Origin: Clostridia bacterium
GTDB lineage: Bacteria > Bacillota > Clostridia > Oscillospirales > CAG-272
Reading direction: 5' to 3'
DNA length: 57,159 nt
Assembly: GCA_017452895.1 (NCBI GenBank)
Contig: JAFTLE010000071.1
Location: forward strand, 1-57,159
Shown here: piece after piece, positions 18,136-25,951 of the stretch
Layout of the letters: each line of letters starts with the position of its first letter
Numbering within the stretch: position 1 is the stretch's first letter
Made by a program: the position numbers and the translations under genes
The notes under the pieces: model-generated
Told to the model about the DNA's origin: nothing
The model's input: only the letters and a program-made list of their open reading frames with translations
Database searches by the model: none

Positions 18136-18237
18136 TTTAGAATTCCTCCGATATAAAAATTATTTTCTTTCGTGGTCTACCAATTTACTATTTTAACACA
18201 CTTTTTCCCATTTTACAATAGGCTTGACGAAAATTTA

Positions 18238-19017
18238 TCAAATTTTGTGATTTTTAACAGAACTTTCCTTCGCTTTGCCGCGCGTGCGGTACACTTTCCA
18301 CCAAAAAACCGCCGCCGCGCGTACCGCGTAAAGGAGAAAGAGCGGCAGAGCCCACATCCGTCGAATCCGCCGCGGCTCACACAGCACGCGCCACAGCCAC
18401 TCGCACCCGCACGCGCGGAAAATGCGCGGCGCACGGCGCAGATCACCCGCGTACAGATCGAGACTGCCGCCGAGGGCGGCGATCGCCGTATGCGGCAGAT
18501 GCGTCTTGAATTCCGCCGCGACCGTCTCCTGCCGCGGCGAGCCGAGGCAGACGAAGAGCACCGCGGGCGGCTCTGTGCGAAGGCGATCGAGAAGCGCGCT
18601 CTCCGCCGCCGCGCCTCCGTAGCCGTGACAGCTCCCCGCGATCACGAGTCCCCTGTGACGTGCCGATAACCGCTCTGCCGCACGCGCGGCGACCCCCTCC
18701 CTTCCGCCGTATAGGAAAAGACTGCCGCCGTGCGCGGCGAGATGCGCGGCGACCTCCTCTCCGAATTCGACCCCCGCTGCACGCGGCAGTTGCTTTCCCT
18801 GCAGCGCCGCCGCCAGCGTCACGCCAACGCCGTCGGGCAGAAGCAGAGTCGCCCTCTCAAGCTGCCCGAAAAAGGCGGGTGTGCGCAGGGCACGGCAGAG
18901 CATTTCGGCGTTCGGCGTAAAAACGAGCGCGCGTTTTTGAATCGCCGCCTCTGCCGCCGCCGCGACCCCATCGGCAAAGAAGGAAAGCCCGAAAAGGGGC
19001 AGCTCTCTTTCAAGCAT
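18238..19017 (-). CDS. WecG/TagA/CpsF-family glycosyltransferase
   Basis: Start MLERELPLFG at ATG 19015-19017. LLLPDGVGV, LFLYGG and VCLGSPRQE are family motifs. The upstream 110 codons of the track ORF lie antisense to the pcrA upstream region. Confidence 0.8.
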   Translation of the reverse strand: MLERELPLFGLSFFADGVAAAAEAAIQKRALVFTPNAEMLCRALRTPAFFGQLERATLLLPDGVGVTLAAALQGKQLPRAAGVEFGEEVAAHLAAHGGSLFLYGGREGVAARAAERLSARHRGLVIAGSCHGYGGAAAESALLDRLRTEPPAVLFVCLGSPRQETVAAEFKTHLPHTAIAALGGSLDLYAGDLRRAPRIFRACGCEWLWRVLCEPRRIRRMWALPLFLLYAVRAAAVFWWKVYRTRGKAKESSVKNHKI

Positions 19018-19146
19018 TTTCACTTGACTTATCCATTCCTCTATGATAAAATATATAGGAAAAGTATTTCCCCAAAAAGCCGAAAGCATACGCGCGATCC
19101 GTTCCCCGTGGGCGGATCTCGTTTTCTCAGAGCAAAAGGAGCATTT

Positions 19147-21552
19147 ATGGAACTCAAGGAGCGATATCTCGCGGCAAAGCGCCGCTTGTTTGAGCTGTAT
19201 TACAGCGACTTTCTGAACGAAAAGCAGTGTGAGGCGGTCTTCGCCGTCAACGGTCCGCTCCTGATCCTCGCGGGGGCGGGCAGCGGAAAAACGACGGTGC
19301 TGGTGCGCCGCATCGCCTTCCAGATCCGCTACGGCAACGCCTACCACGATACGCGTGTGCCCGACGCGCTGACCGAGGCGCGCGTGCGCGCGCTTGAGGA
19401 TGCCGCGTCACTCCCACGCGCGGAGCTTGCGGAGGTCCTCGACGAATTTATCACGGAGCCATGCCCGCCGTGGTGTATGCTTGCCATCACCTTCACGAAC
19501 AAGGCGGCAAACGAGATCAAGGAGCGGCTTTCAAAGACCTTTGAGGACGAGGATGTCACAAACGAGATCTGGGCGGGCACCTTCCACTCGATCTGTATGC
19601 GTATTCTGCGCCGCCACACCGAAACGGCAGGGCTGTTGCCGGGCTTCTCGATCTACGACACTGACGACAAAAAGCGTCTCGTGATCAAGTGTATGAAGGA
19701 GCTGGATATCGACGAGAAGAATCTGCCCGTCCGAACGGTGATGAACGCCATCTCCTCGGCGAAGGATAACCTCGTTCCGCCCAAGGAAATGGACAGGGGG
19801 CGCGACCTGCGGCAAAAGCATATCTGCCAGATTTACGAGAAATATCAGGAGGAGCTTTCGGCGGCAAACGCGCTCGATTTCGACGATATCATTATGAAGA
19901 CCGTCGAGCTGCTCTCGGCTCACCCCGAGATCGCCGAGTACTATCAGAATAAATTCCGTTACATCTCGGTCGACGAGTATCAGGACACCAACCCCGCGCA
20001 GTTCTGCCTCACGAATCTGCTCGCGGCAAAGCACAGAAACCTGATGGTGGTCGGCGACGACGACCAATCGATCTACAAGTTCCGAGGCGCGACGGTTGAG
20101 AACATCCTGAGCTTCGACTCGACCTATCCCGACGCAATCGTTATCAAGCTCGAGCAGAACTACCGTAGCACGAAGACGATCCTTGCGGCTGCGAACGCCG
20201 TGATCGACAAAAACCGCAACCGCTACGGCAAAAGGCTTTGGTGCAACGCCGAGCAGGGCGAGAAGATTGTCCTTTGCCAGTGCCGTGACCAAAACGGTGA
20301 GGCGCGCTACATCACCGACCGCATTCTTGAGCTGGTCGTGAAGGAAAAATACCGCTACCGCGACTTCGCGGTGCTTTACCGACTCAACGAGCTTGCGCGT
20401 GCGCTGGAGAGCGGCTTTACCAAAAGCGGCATTCCCTACCGCGTGCTGGGCGGTCAGCGCTTCTACGACCGCAAGGAGATCAGGGATATCAAGGCGTACC
20501 TGCAGCTGATTCTAAACGACAGCGACACGATGGCGCTTTTTCGCATCATCAACGAGCCGAAGCGTAAGATCGGCGCGGCGACCCTTGCCGCCGTCTCCTC
20601 GATCGCCGAGGAGGAGGGTGTGTCGATGATGGAGATCATGCGGAACAGTCTGCGCTATCCCGCCCTCGCGCGGGTGGCGGACAAGCTGATCGCCTTCACC
20701 GATATGATCGCGCGTCTGCGCGCACTTTCGCTCCCGCCCTCGAAGCTGATGGAGGAGCTTTACGCCGCCACGGGCTATGAGATGATGCTGCGCGAATCCT
20801 CGGAGGACGAGATCGTGAAGCAGGGCAGGCTCGACAGCCTGCACGAGTTTATTTCCGCCGCCGCCGAGTATGAGGCGCGCGTGGAAACGCCGACCCTTGT
20901 CGGCTTTATGGAGGAGGTCAGCCTCGTCTCCGACACCGACAAATACGATGAAAACGCCGATGCCGTGGTGCTGATGACCATCCACAGCGCAAAGGGGCTG
21001 GAGTTCCCCGTCGTGTTCCTTTCGGGTATGGAGGACGGTGTTTTCCCGGGGCTTCAGAACATTGGCAACTCCGAGGAGATGAACGAGGAGCGCCGTCTGG
21101 CATACGTCGCCATTACGCGGGCGAAGCGCCGTCTCTTCCTCACCCATACCGAGGAGCGTATGCTCTACGGCAGAACAGGGCACAACCCCCTCTCCTGCTT
21201 CGTGCGGGAGGAGATGCCGAAGGAGCTGTTACAGCTCGACCGCGCCGCGCGCCCGCAATTCGGCATGGGCGGCACGCGCCCCTCATCCTCTCCCCCCCGC
21301 ACCGGGCATCGGAGCGAGCTCGTCTCGCGTGAGTTTTCGCGCCGCGCGATTCTCTCGCCGACCACGCCGCCATCCCCCGCCTTTAGCGTCAAGCGCCTCT
21401 CGGCAGGCACGCGGGTGCGCCATATCCGCTTCGGCACGGGCGTGATCCTTTCGGCAAAGGACTTCGGCGCCGACATCCTCTACGAGGTGCAGTTCGAGGG
21501 CGGCGACGTCAAAAAGCTGATGGCAACCTACGCCAAGCTCGAGGTGCTTTGA
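19147..21552 (+). CDS. pcrA: ATP-dependent DNA helicase PcrA/UvrD family
   Basis: ATG 19147 with an AAAGGAG RBS. GAGSGKT, DEYQDTN, VGDDDQSIYKFRGA, QNYRST, TIHSAKGLEF and VAITRAK motifs. Confidence 0.93.
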   Translation: MELKERYLAAKRRLFELYYSDFLNEKQCEAVFAVNGPLLILAGAGSGKTTVLVRRIAFQIRYGNAYHDTRVPDALTEARVRALEDAASLPRAELAEVLDEFITEPCPPWCMLAITFTNKAANEIKERLSKTFEDEDVTNEIWAGTFHSICMRILRRHTETAGLLPGFSIYDTDDKKRLVIKCMKELDIDEKNLPVRTVMNAISSAKDNLVPPKEMDRGRDLRQKHICQIYEKYQEELSAANALDFDDIIMKTVELLSAHPEIAEYYQNKFRYISVDEYQDTNPAQFCLTNLLAAKHRNLMVVGDDDQSIYKFRGATVENILSFDSTYPDAIVIKLEQNYRSTKTILAAANAVIDKNRNRYGKRLWCNAEQGEKIVLCQCRDQNGEARYITDRILELVVKEKYRYRDFAVLYRLNELARALESGFTKSGIPYRVLGGQRFYDRKEIRDIKAYLQLILNDSDTMALFRIINEPKRKIGAATLAAVSSIAEEEGVSMMEIMRNSLRYPALARVADKLIAFTDMIARLRALSLPPSKLMEELYAATGYEMMLRESSEDEIVKQGRLDSLHEFISAAAEYEARVETPTLVGFMEEVSLVSDTDKYDENADAVVLMTIHSAKGLEFPVVFLSGMEDGVFPGLQNIGNSEEMNEERRLAYVAITRAKRRLFLTHTEERMLYGRTGHNPLSCFVREEMPKELLQLDRAARPQFGMGGTRPSSSPPRTGHRSELVSREFSRRAILSPTTPPSPAFSVKRLSAGTRVRHIRFGTGVILSAKDFGADILYEVQFEGGDVKKLMATYAKLEVL

Positions 21553-21594
21553 GATTGCAAGACTAGGATTGCAAGTCGGGGATTGCGAGACGCT
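21553..21594. repeat. three tandem 14-bp repeats
   Basis: GATTGCAAGACTAG / GATTGCAAGTCGGG / GATTGCGAGACGCT, starting immediately after the pcrA stop codon. Confidence 0.7.
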
Positions 21595-21642
21595 TTTAAA
21601 AAAGCTTCTCGCGCTCTTCAAAATTTTATTCGGACAAAACAT

Positions 21643-21674
21643 AAAGGAAGCGGTTGCAAGCAACCGCTTCCTTT
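21643..21674. terminator. bidirectional terminator (pcrA / DUF3267 gene)
   Basis: AAAGGAAGCGGTTGC-AA-GCAACCGCTTCCTTT is a perfect 15-bp stem flanked by A and T runs. Confidence 0.75.
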
Positions 21675-22264
21675 TATTCTTCTTGTTTTCCGTATACGAT
21701 CATCGAAACGCCCGTGTCGCACACGAGGAGGTCGCGCGGCAGGCGCAAAAAGCGGAGCGTAACGTAGAAGTCGCCGACGGCACCCGAAACGTTGAAGATC
21801 TGAATCAGATAAACGACCCAGAACCATCCGTCAGGCACGAGCGGATTCAGCACGCCGAGGACGATACCCCACAGCACGACGGGCGCTAGCGCAATGACGA
21901 GATACGCACCCTTCGTGAAATAGGTCGCGGGGGCCCCCGCATAGGCGTAGAGCCCCGTGAAGCCGAAGCGAAGATGCCTTGCGCCGTACGCCTTCATAAA
22001 GACACCGTGCACCGCCTCGTGCAAAAGGACGTAAAGGAGCATTCCGAGCATCAACACCCCAAAGCGGAGCAAAAAGCTCAAAGGAAAATTCTCGGACACG
22101 TCGGCGAGCAGAGTCAGCGGCTTGAAAAAGCACATCGCCACGCCCATTGCAACCATAATGACGACGCCCGCCAAATTGACCCAAAGGGCAAGCCGCTTAT
22201 CCTTTTGCAGGTCGACCGACAGGATCTCTGCGTACCCCTCGGGCAGGTTCTCCCTCGCGTACAT
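21674..22264 (-). CDS. DUF3267-like membrane protein with an HExxH motif (putative zincin peptidase)
   Basis: Start MYARENLPEGY at ATG 22262-22264. LLHEAVHGVFMK inside a multi-TM protein. It lies 1 nt after the stop of the VOC gene. Confidence 0.7.
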   Translation of the reverse strand: MYARENLPEGYAEILSVDLQKDKRLALWVNLAGVVIMVAMGVAMCFFKPLTLLADVSENFPLSFLLRFGVLMLGMLLYVLLHEAVHGVFMKAYGARHLRFGFTGLYAYAGAPATYFTKGAYLVIALAPVVLWGIVLGVLNPLVPDGWFWVVYLIQIFNVSGAVGDFYVTLRFLRLPRDLLVCDTGVSMIVYGKQEE

Positions 22265-22265
22265 C

Positions 22266-22670
22266 TTACAGCTCCCTCGATTCGATAAATTCGAGCTGCT
22301 CGCCGTCAGGCCCCTTGACGAAGGCGAGGTGCAAGCGCAGCTTAACGGGCGAGGAGTCAAGATCGACCGTCTTCGGCGGTGTCAGCGGCGTGCCGCCTGC
22401 GGCAACGGCGCGGGCGTAGTAGCCCTCAACATCGTCCGACTTCATCGCAAAGTGGACGTACTTGCCCTCCTCGGGGAAGGCGTCGCCGCCGTCGGAGAAC
22501 AGCTCCATCATCCCGCCTGCGGGAAGCGACAGAAGCGCGATCTGTCGCGTGGGATCTGCCCGCCAGCGCGCGTAAAGCCTAAGGCCGATCGCCTGATAGA
22601 AGGCGATGCTCTTTTCAAAATCCGCGCACTTGAGCGCGATGTGGTGAAAGCCAAAGCTCGGTGTGCTCAT
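22266..22670 (-). CDS. VOC/glyoxalase-family protein
   Basis: Start MSTPSFGFHHIALKCADFEKSIAFY at ATG 22668-22670 with a GAGGAG RBS. Typical glyoxalase-fold N-terminus. Confidence 0.8.
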   Translation of the reverse strand: MSTPSFGFHHIALKCADFEKSIAFYQAIGLRLYARWRADPTRQIALLSLPAGGMMELFSDGGDAFPEEGKYVHFAMKSDDVEGYYARAVAAGGTPLTPPKTVDLDSSPVKLRLHLAFVKGPDGEQLEFIESREL

Positions 22671-22768
22671 AGAGATCTCCTCGGTTTTTTTCCTTATTGT
22701 AATACAAAAAGCGCGATCTGTCAACGCCCTTGTGCCCGATTTCGAAAAATCGCGTTTGATTCAAAGCA

Positions 22769-22782
22769 ATCCATATATGGAT
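22769..22782. promoter_or_regulatory. 14-bp palindrome upstream of the XRE promoter
   Basis: ATCCATATATGGAT lies 5 bp upstream of the -35 element. Confidence 0.35.
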
Positions 22783-22787
22783 CAAAG

Positions 22788-22816
22788 TTGACTTTTTAGT
22801 TCATTTGTGCTATAAT
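22788..22816 (+). promoter_or_regulatory. consensus-like sigma-A promoter of the XRE gene
   Basis: TTGACT (22788-22793), a 17-nt spacer, then TATAAT (22811-22816). Confidence 0.55.
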
Positions 22817-22840
22817 TTTTTCAAAAAAAAGGTGGCAAGA

Positions 22841-23059
22841 ATGAGCGTATACCAAAGATTGAAGGATCTTCGAGAGGATGCGGATCAAAGTCAGGAAGAA
22901 ATTGCGAAGATCATCGGCACCAGCCAATCCTATTACGCTCAGTATGAAAACGGAAAAAGAGCCATTCCGTTTGAGCGTATGGTCACGTTAGCAAAATACT
23001 ACAACGTTTCTCTCGACTATCTTGCGGGGCTGATCGACACCCCGAGAAGGTTGAAATAA
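22841..23059 (+). CDS. XRE-family helix-turn-helix transcriptional regulator
   Basis: ATG 22841. LKDLREDADQSQEEIAKIIGTSQSYYAQYENGKRAIP is an HTH_3 motif. The track start at 22805 is not supported. Confidence 0.85.
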   Translation: MSVYQRLKDLREDADQSQEEIAKIIGTSQSYYAQYENGKRAIPFERMVTLAKYYNVSLDYLAGLIDTPRRLK

Positions 23060-23080
23060 AGACACGTTTTAGAAAAGTAA

Positions 23081-23118
23081 AAGGGGAACCTTTTTAAAAG
23101 GTTCCCCTTGCTTTTTTT
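23081..23118 (+). terminator. intrinsic terminator after the XRE gene, overlapping the 3' end of nrdG
   Basis: AAGGGGAACCTTTT-T-AAAAGGTTCCCCTT followed by GCTTTTTTT. Confidence 0.75.
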
Positions 23119-23594
23119 AAGTCTATGATCCGCTGATTCCGCGATCCTCTGAACGCAAGGCTGATATCTTTCTCGCTCTCAATGAACTCACCGTCCACCA
23201 AAACGTCAACCAAGCTTAACATTTCGTCGGTCGCCTCACAGCGTGCGCGTGAGGGAGCGAGCAGGTCGCGCTCATAGGTATAGCCCGTATAGCACCAGAT
23301 GCTTTTCCGGGGATATGCGGCACGCACGCGGCGCAAAAAGGGCAAGAGAGCGCGCTGATTCTCGGGCTCCATCGGCTCGCCGCCAAGCAGGGTCAGCCCC
23401 TCGATATAGTCGGGCGCGAGCAGTGCGAGCAGCTCGTTTTCGGTTTCCTCGGTGAAGGGCTGTCCGTTTCTGAAATCCCAGGTCTCTGGATTAAAGCAGC
23501 CGCGACAGCGGTGGGTACAGCCCGAGACGAAGAGCGACACGCGTACGCCTGTGCCGTTGGCAATATCCCGACGGTGAATATCACTGTAATACAT
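23094..23594 (-). CDS. nrdG: anaerobic ribonucleoside-triphosphate reductase activating protein
   Basis: GTGVRVSLFVSGCTHRCRGCFNPETW is a radical-SAM CxxxCxxC motif. The start overlaps the nrdD stop (TAATG). Confidence 0.92.
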   Translation of the reverse strand: MYYSDIHRRDIANGTGVRVSLFVSGCTHRCRGCFNPETWDFRNGQPFTEETENELLALLAPDYIEGLTLLGGEPMEPENQRALLPFLRRVRAAYPRKSIWCYTGYTYERDLLAPSRARCEATDEMLSLVDVLVDGEFIESEKDISLAFRGSRNQRIIDLKKARGTF

Positions 23595-25756
23595 TATAGG
23601 TGCAGCACCCTCTCACGGATCTCCTGCGTGCGCCCCTGATTCCAGAACTGCGAGCCGATATAGCCGCAGGTGCGGCGCGCGACGTTCATCTTACTCTGAT
23701 CGCGATTCTTACAGTTGGGGCACTCCCAGACGAGCTTGCCGTCGGCATCGTCCACGATCAGGATCTCGCCGCCGTAGCCGCATTCGTGGCAGTAGTCGCT
23801 CTTGGTGTTCAGCTCGGCGTACATAATATGATCGTAGATAAAGCGAATGACGGACAGCACCGCCTCGATATTGTTCTGCATATTCGGCACCTCGATGTAG
23901 CTGATCGCACCGCCCGTGGAGAGTGCCTGGAACTGCGCCTCGAACGCGAGCTTCTCGAACGCGTCGATCTCCTCGGTCACGTGGACGTGGTAGCTGTTGG
24001 TGATATACGCCTTATCGGTCACACCCTCGATCACGCCGAAGCGCTTTTGCAGGCATTTCGCAAATCGATAGGTCGTAGACTCCAACGGCGTGCCGTAGAT
24101 GCCGAAGCCGATGGTCGTTTCCTTCTTCCACCTCTCGCACGCGGCGTTCATACGCCGCATCACGTCAAGGGCGAAGGGGGTCGCCTCGGGATCGGTATGC
24201 GATCTTCCCGTCATATAGCGCACGCACTCGCAAAGCCCCGCATACCCGAGCGAGATCGTCGAGTAGCCGCCGTAAAGCAGACTGTCGATCGGCTCACCCT
24301 TCGGCAGGCGCGCGATCGCGCCGTGCTGCCAGAGGATCGGCGCGGCGTCGGAGAGCGTACCCTTCAGTCGGTTGTGACGGCACATCAGCGCCTCGTAGCA
24401 GAGCGCAAGACGCTCGTCGAGGATCTGCCAGAAGCGTTCGGTATCGCCGCCCGAGGAGAGCGCGACGTCAGGCAGGTTGATCGTCACGACACCCTGATTG
24501 AAGCGGCCGTAGAACTGATACTCACCCTTTTCATTCTTCCACGGTGAGAGCGCACTGCGGCAGCCCATCACGGGGAAGCAGTTGCCCTCCTTCAGCTCCT
24601 TCATCTTCTTTTCGGAGATGTAATCGGGCACCAGCCGCTTCGCGGTGCAGGATGCGGCAAGTCGGGTCAGATAATAGTAGGGCGCGTCGGGGTTGATATT
24701 GTCCTCCTCCAGCACGTAGATCAGCTTCGGGAAGGCGGGCGTGACGTATACGCCCTTCTCGTTCTTCACGCCCTTGTAGCGCTGACGGAGCGTTTCCTCA
24801 ATCACGAGCGCAAGGTCGGCGCGCGCGCGCTCACCCTCCGCCTCGCCGAGATACATAAAGACGGTGATGAAGGGGGCTTGCCCGTTGGTGGTCATCAGCG
24901 TGACGACCTGATACTGCAGGGTCTGTACACCCTTTGCGATCTCGCGGCGCAGCTCGTGCTCGACAAGCGTTTCAACGAGCGCGGGATCGGCGTCCTTCCC
25001 TGCATCGTCAAAGCTCTGCAGAACGTCCTTACGGATCGCCTGACGCGACACGTCAACGAAGGGCGACAGGTGCGAGAGCGAGATGCTCTGTCCGCCGTAC
25101 TGATTCGACGCGACCTGCGCGATGATCTGGGTGGCGATGTTACACGCCGTTGAGAAGCTGTGCGGCTTTTCGATCAGCGTGCCGCTGATGACGGTACCGT
25201 TTTGCAGCATATCCGCGAGGTTGACAAGGTCGCAGTTGTGCATATGCTGGGCAAAATAGTCCATATCGTGGAAATGGATGATGCCCTCCTCGTGCGCCTT
25301 CACGATCTGCGCGGGTAGCAGAATGCGGCGCGCCAGATCCTTCGACACCTCGCCCGCCATATAGTCGCGCTGAACGCTGTTGACGGTCGGATTCTTATTC
25401 GAGTTTTCCTGCTTGACCTCCTCGTTGTTGCATTCGATTAAGGACAGAATGCTGTTGTCGGTCGTGTTTGCCACACGCGCAAGGCTACGGGTAAAGCGGT
25501 AGCGGATATACCGCTTCGCAGTCTCTGCCGCGCCACGCTTGACGATGGCGGTCTCCACCATCTCCTGCACCTCCTCGACCGTCATCGCACGGCCGAATCG
25601 CTCGCAGCTCCTTTCAATTTCAAGCGCGATCGCGGCGATCTCGTCCTGCGACAGCTCGGGCGTGCCCTCACCCGCAAGGTTTGCCTTCTCAATGGCGCGC
25701 TCTATCTTTTCACGGTCGAAGATGACCTCCGAGCCGTTTCTTTTGATAATCTTCAC
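23594..25756 (-). CDS. nrdD: anaerobic ribonucleoside-triphosphate reductase (class III)
   Basis: GTG start 25754-25756, 6 nt after AAAGGAGAA. N-terminal ATP-cone (KIIKRNGSEVIFDREKIERAIEKA), C-terminal Zn ribbon CHECG...CPNCK, and glycyl-radical RRTCGYIG. Confidence 0.95.
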   Translation of the reverse strand: MKIIKRNGSEVIFDREKIERAIEKANLAGEGTPELSQDEIAAIALEIERSCERFGRAMTVEEVQEMVETAIVKRGAAETAKRYIRYRFTRSLARVANTTDNSILSLIECNNEEVKQENSNKNPTVNSVQRDYMAGEVSKDLARRILLPAQIVKAHEEGIIHFHDMDYFAQHMHNCDLVNLADMLQNGTVISGTLIEKPHSFSTACNIATQIIAQVASNQYGGQSISLSHLSPFVDVSRQAIRKDVLQSFDDAGKDADPALVETLVEHELRREIAKGVQTLQYQVVTLMTTNGQAPFITVFMYLGEAEGERARADLALVIEETLRQRYKGVKNEKGVYVTPAFPKLIYVLEEDNINPDAPYYYLTRLAASCTAKRLVPDYISEKKMKELKEGNCFPVMGCRSALSPWKNEKGEYQFYGRFNQGVVTINLPDVALSSGGDTERFWQILDERLALCYEALMCRHNRLKGTLSDAAPILWQHGAIARLPKGEPIDSLLYGGYSTISLGYAGLCECVRYMTGRSHTDPEATPFALDVMRRMNAACERWKKETTIGFGIYGTPLESTTYRFAKCLQKRFGVIEGVTDKAYITNSYHVHVTEEIDAFEKLAFEAQFQALSTGGAISYIEVPNMQNNIEAVLSVIRFIYDHIMYAELNTKSDYCHECGYGGEILIVDDADGKLVWECPNCKNRDQSKMNVARRTCGYIGSQFWNQGRTQEIRERVLHL

Positions 25757-25777
25757 GGTTATTCTCCTTTCCTGGAA

Positions 25778-25824
25778 ACACCATATCTTGTTGTTTAGTA
25801 ACAGTATTATACCATATTTAGTAT
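25778..25824 (-). promoter_or_regulatory. tandem NrdR-box-like palindromes
   Basis: ACACCATATCTTGTTG (25778-25793) and ATACCATATTTAGTAT (25809-25824), with centres 31 bp apart, lie directly upstream of nrdD. Confidence 0.6.
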
Positions 25825-25904
25825 AAAACACAAGTAGGCAAGGCATACTTTTTTAAAATTAATAGTTTGTACACATCTGTGGCGCATGTAAACCGTTGTT
25901 TACA

Positions 25905-25939
25905 AAAAGAAAAGCCGCCGCAGACAAGCCTGCGGCGGC
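25905..25939 (-). terminator. intrinsic terminator after the GHL6-like gene
   Basis: GCCGCCGCAG-ACAAGC-CTGCGGCGGC. On the minus strand it is followed by TTTTCTTTTTG. Confidence 0.75.
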
Positions 25940-25951
25940 GATTTTATCATT

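Noticed and set aside
17068-18156. 362-aa plus-strand ORF covering gap
   Set aside because: It is antisense to canonical GAPDH and spans the bidirectional terminator. No motifs. A GC-rich antisense artefact.
18730-19146. N-terminal 139-codon extension of the pcrA ORF (and similar extensions at 172-291, 3814-4116, 6249-6332, 32252-32419 and 48212-48340)
   Set aside because: The extensions have no RBS, cross promoters, terminators or divergent genes, and lack homology-like sequence. Internal starts with good RBS match the canonical N-termini.
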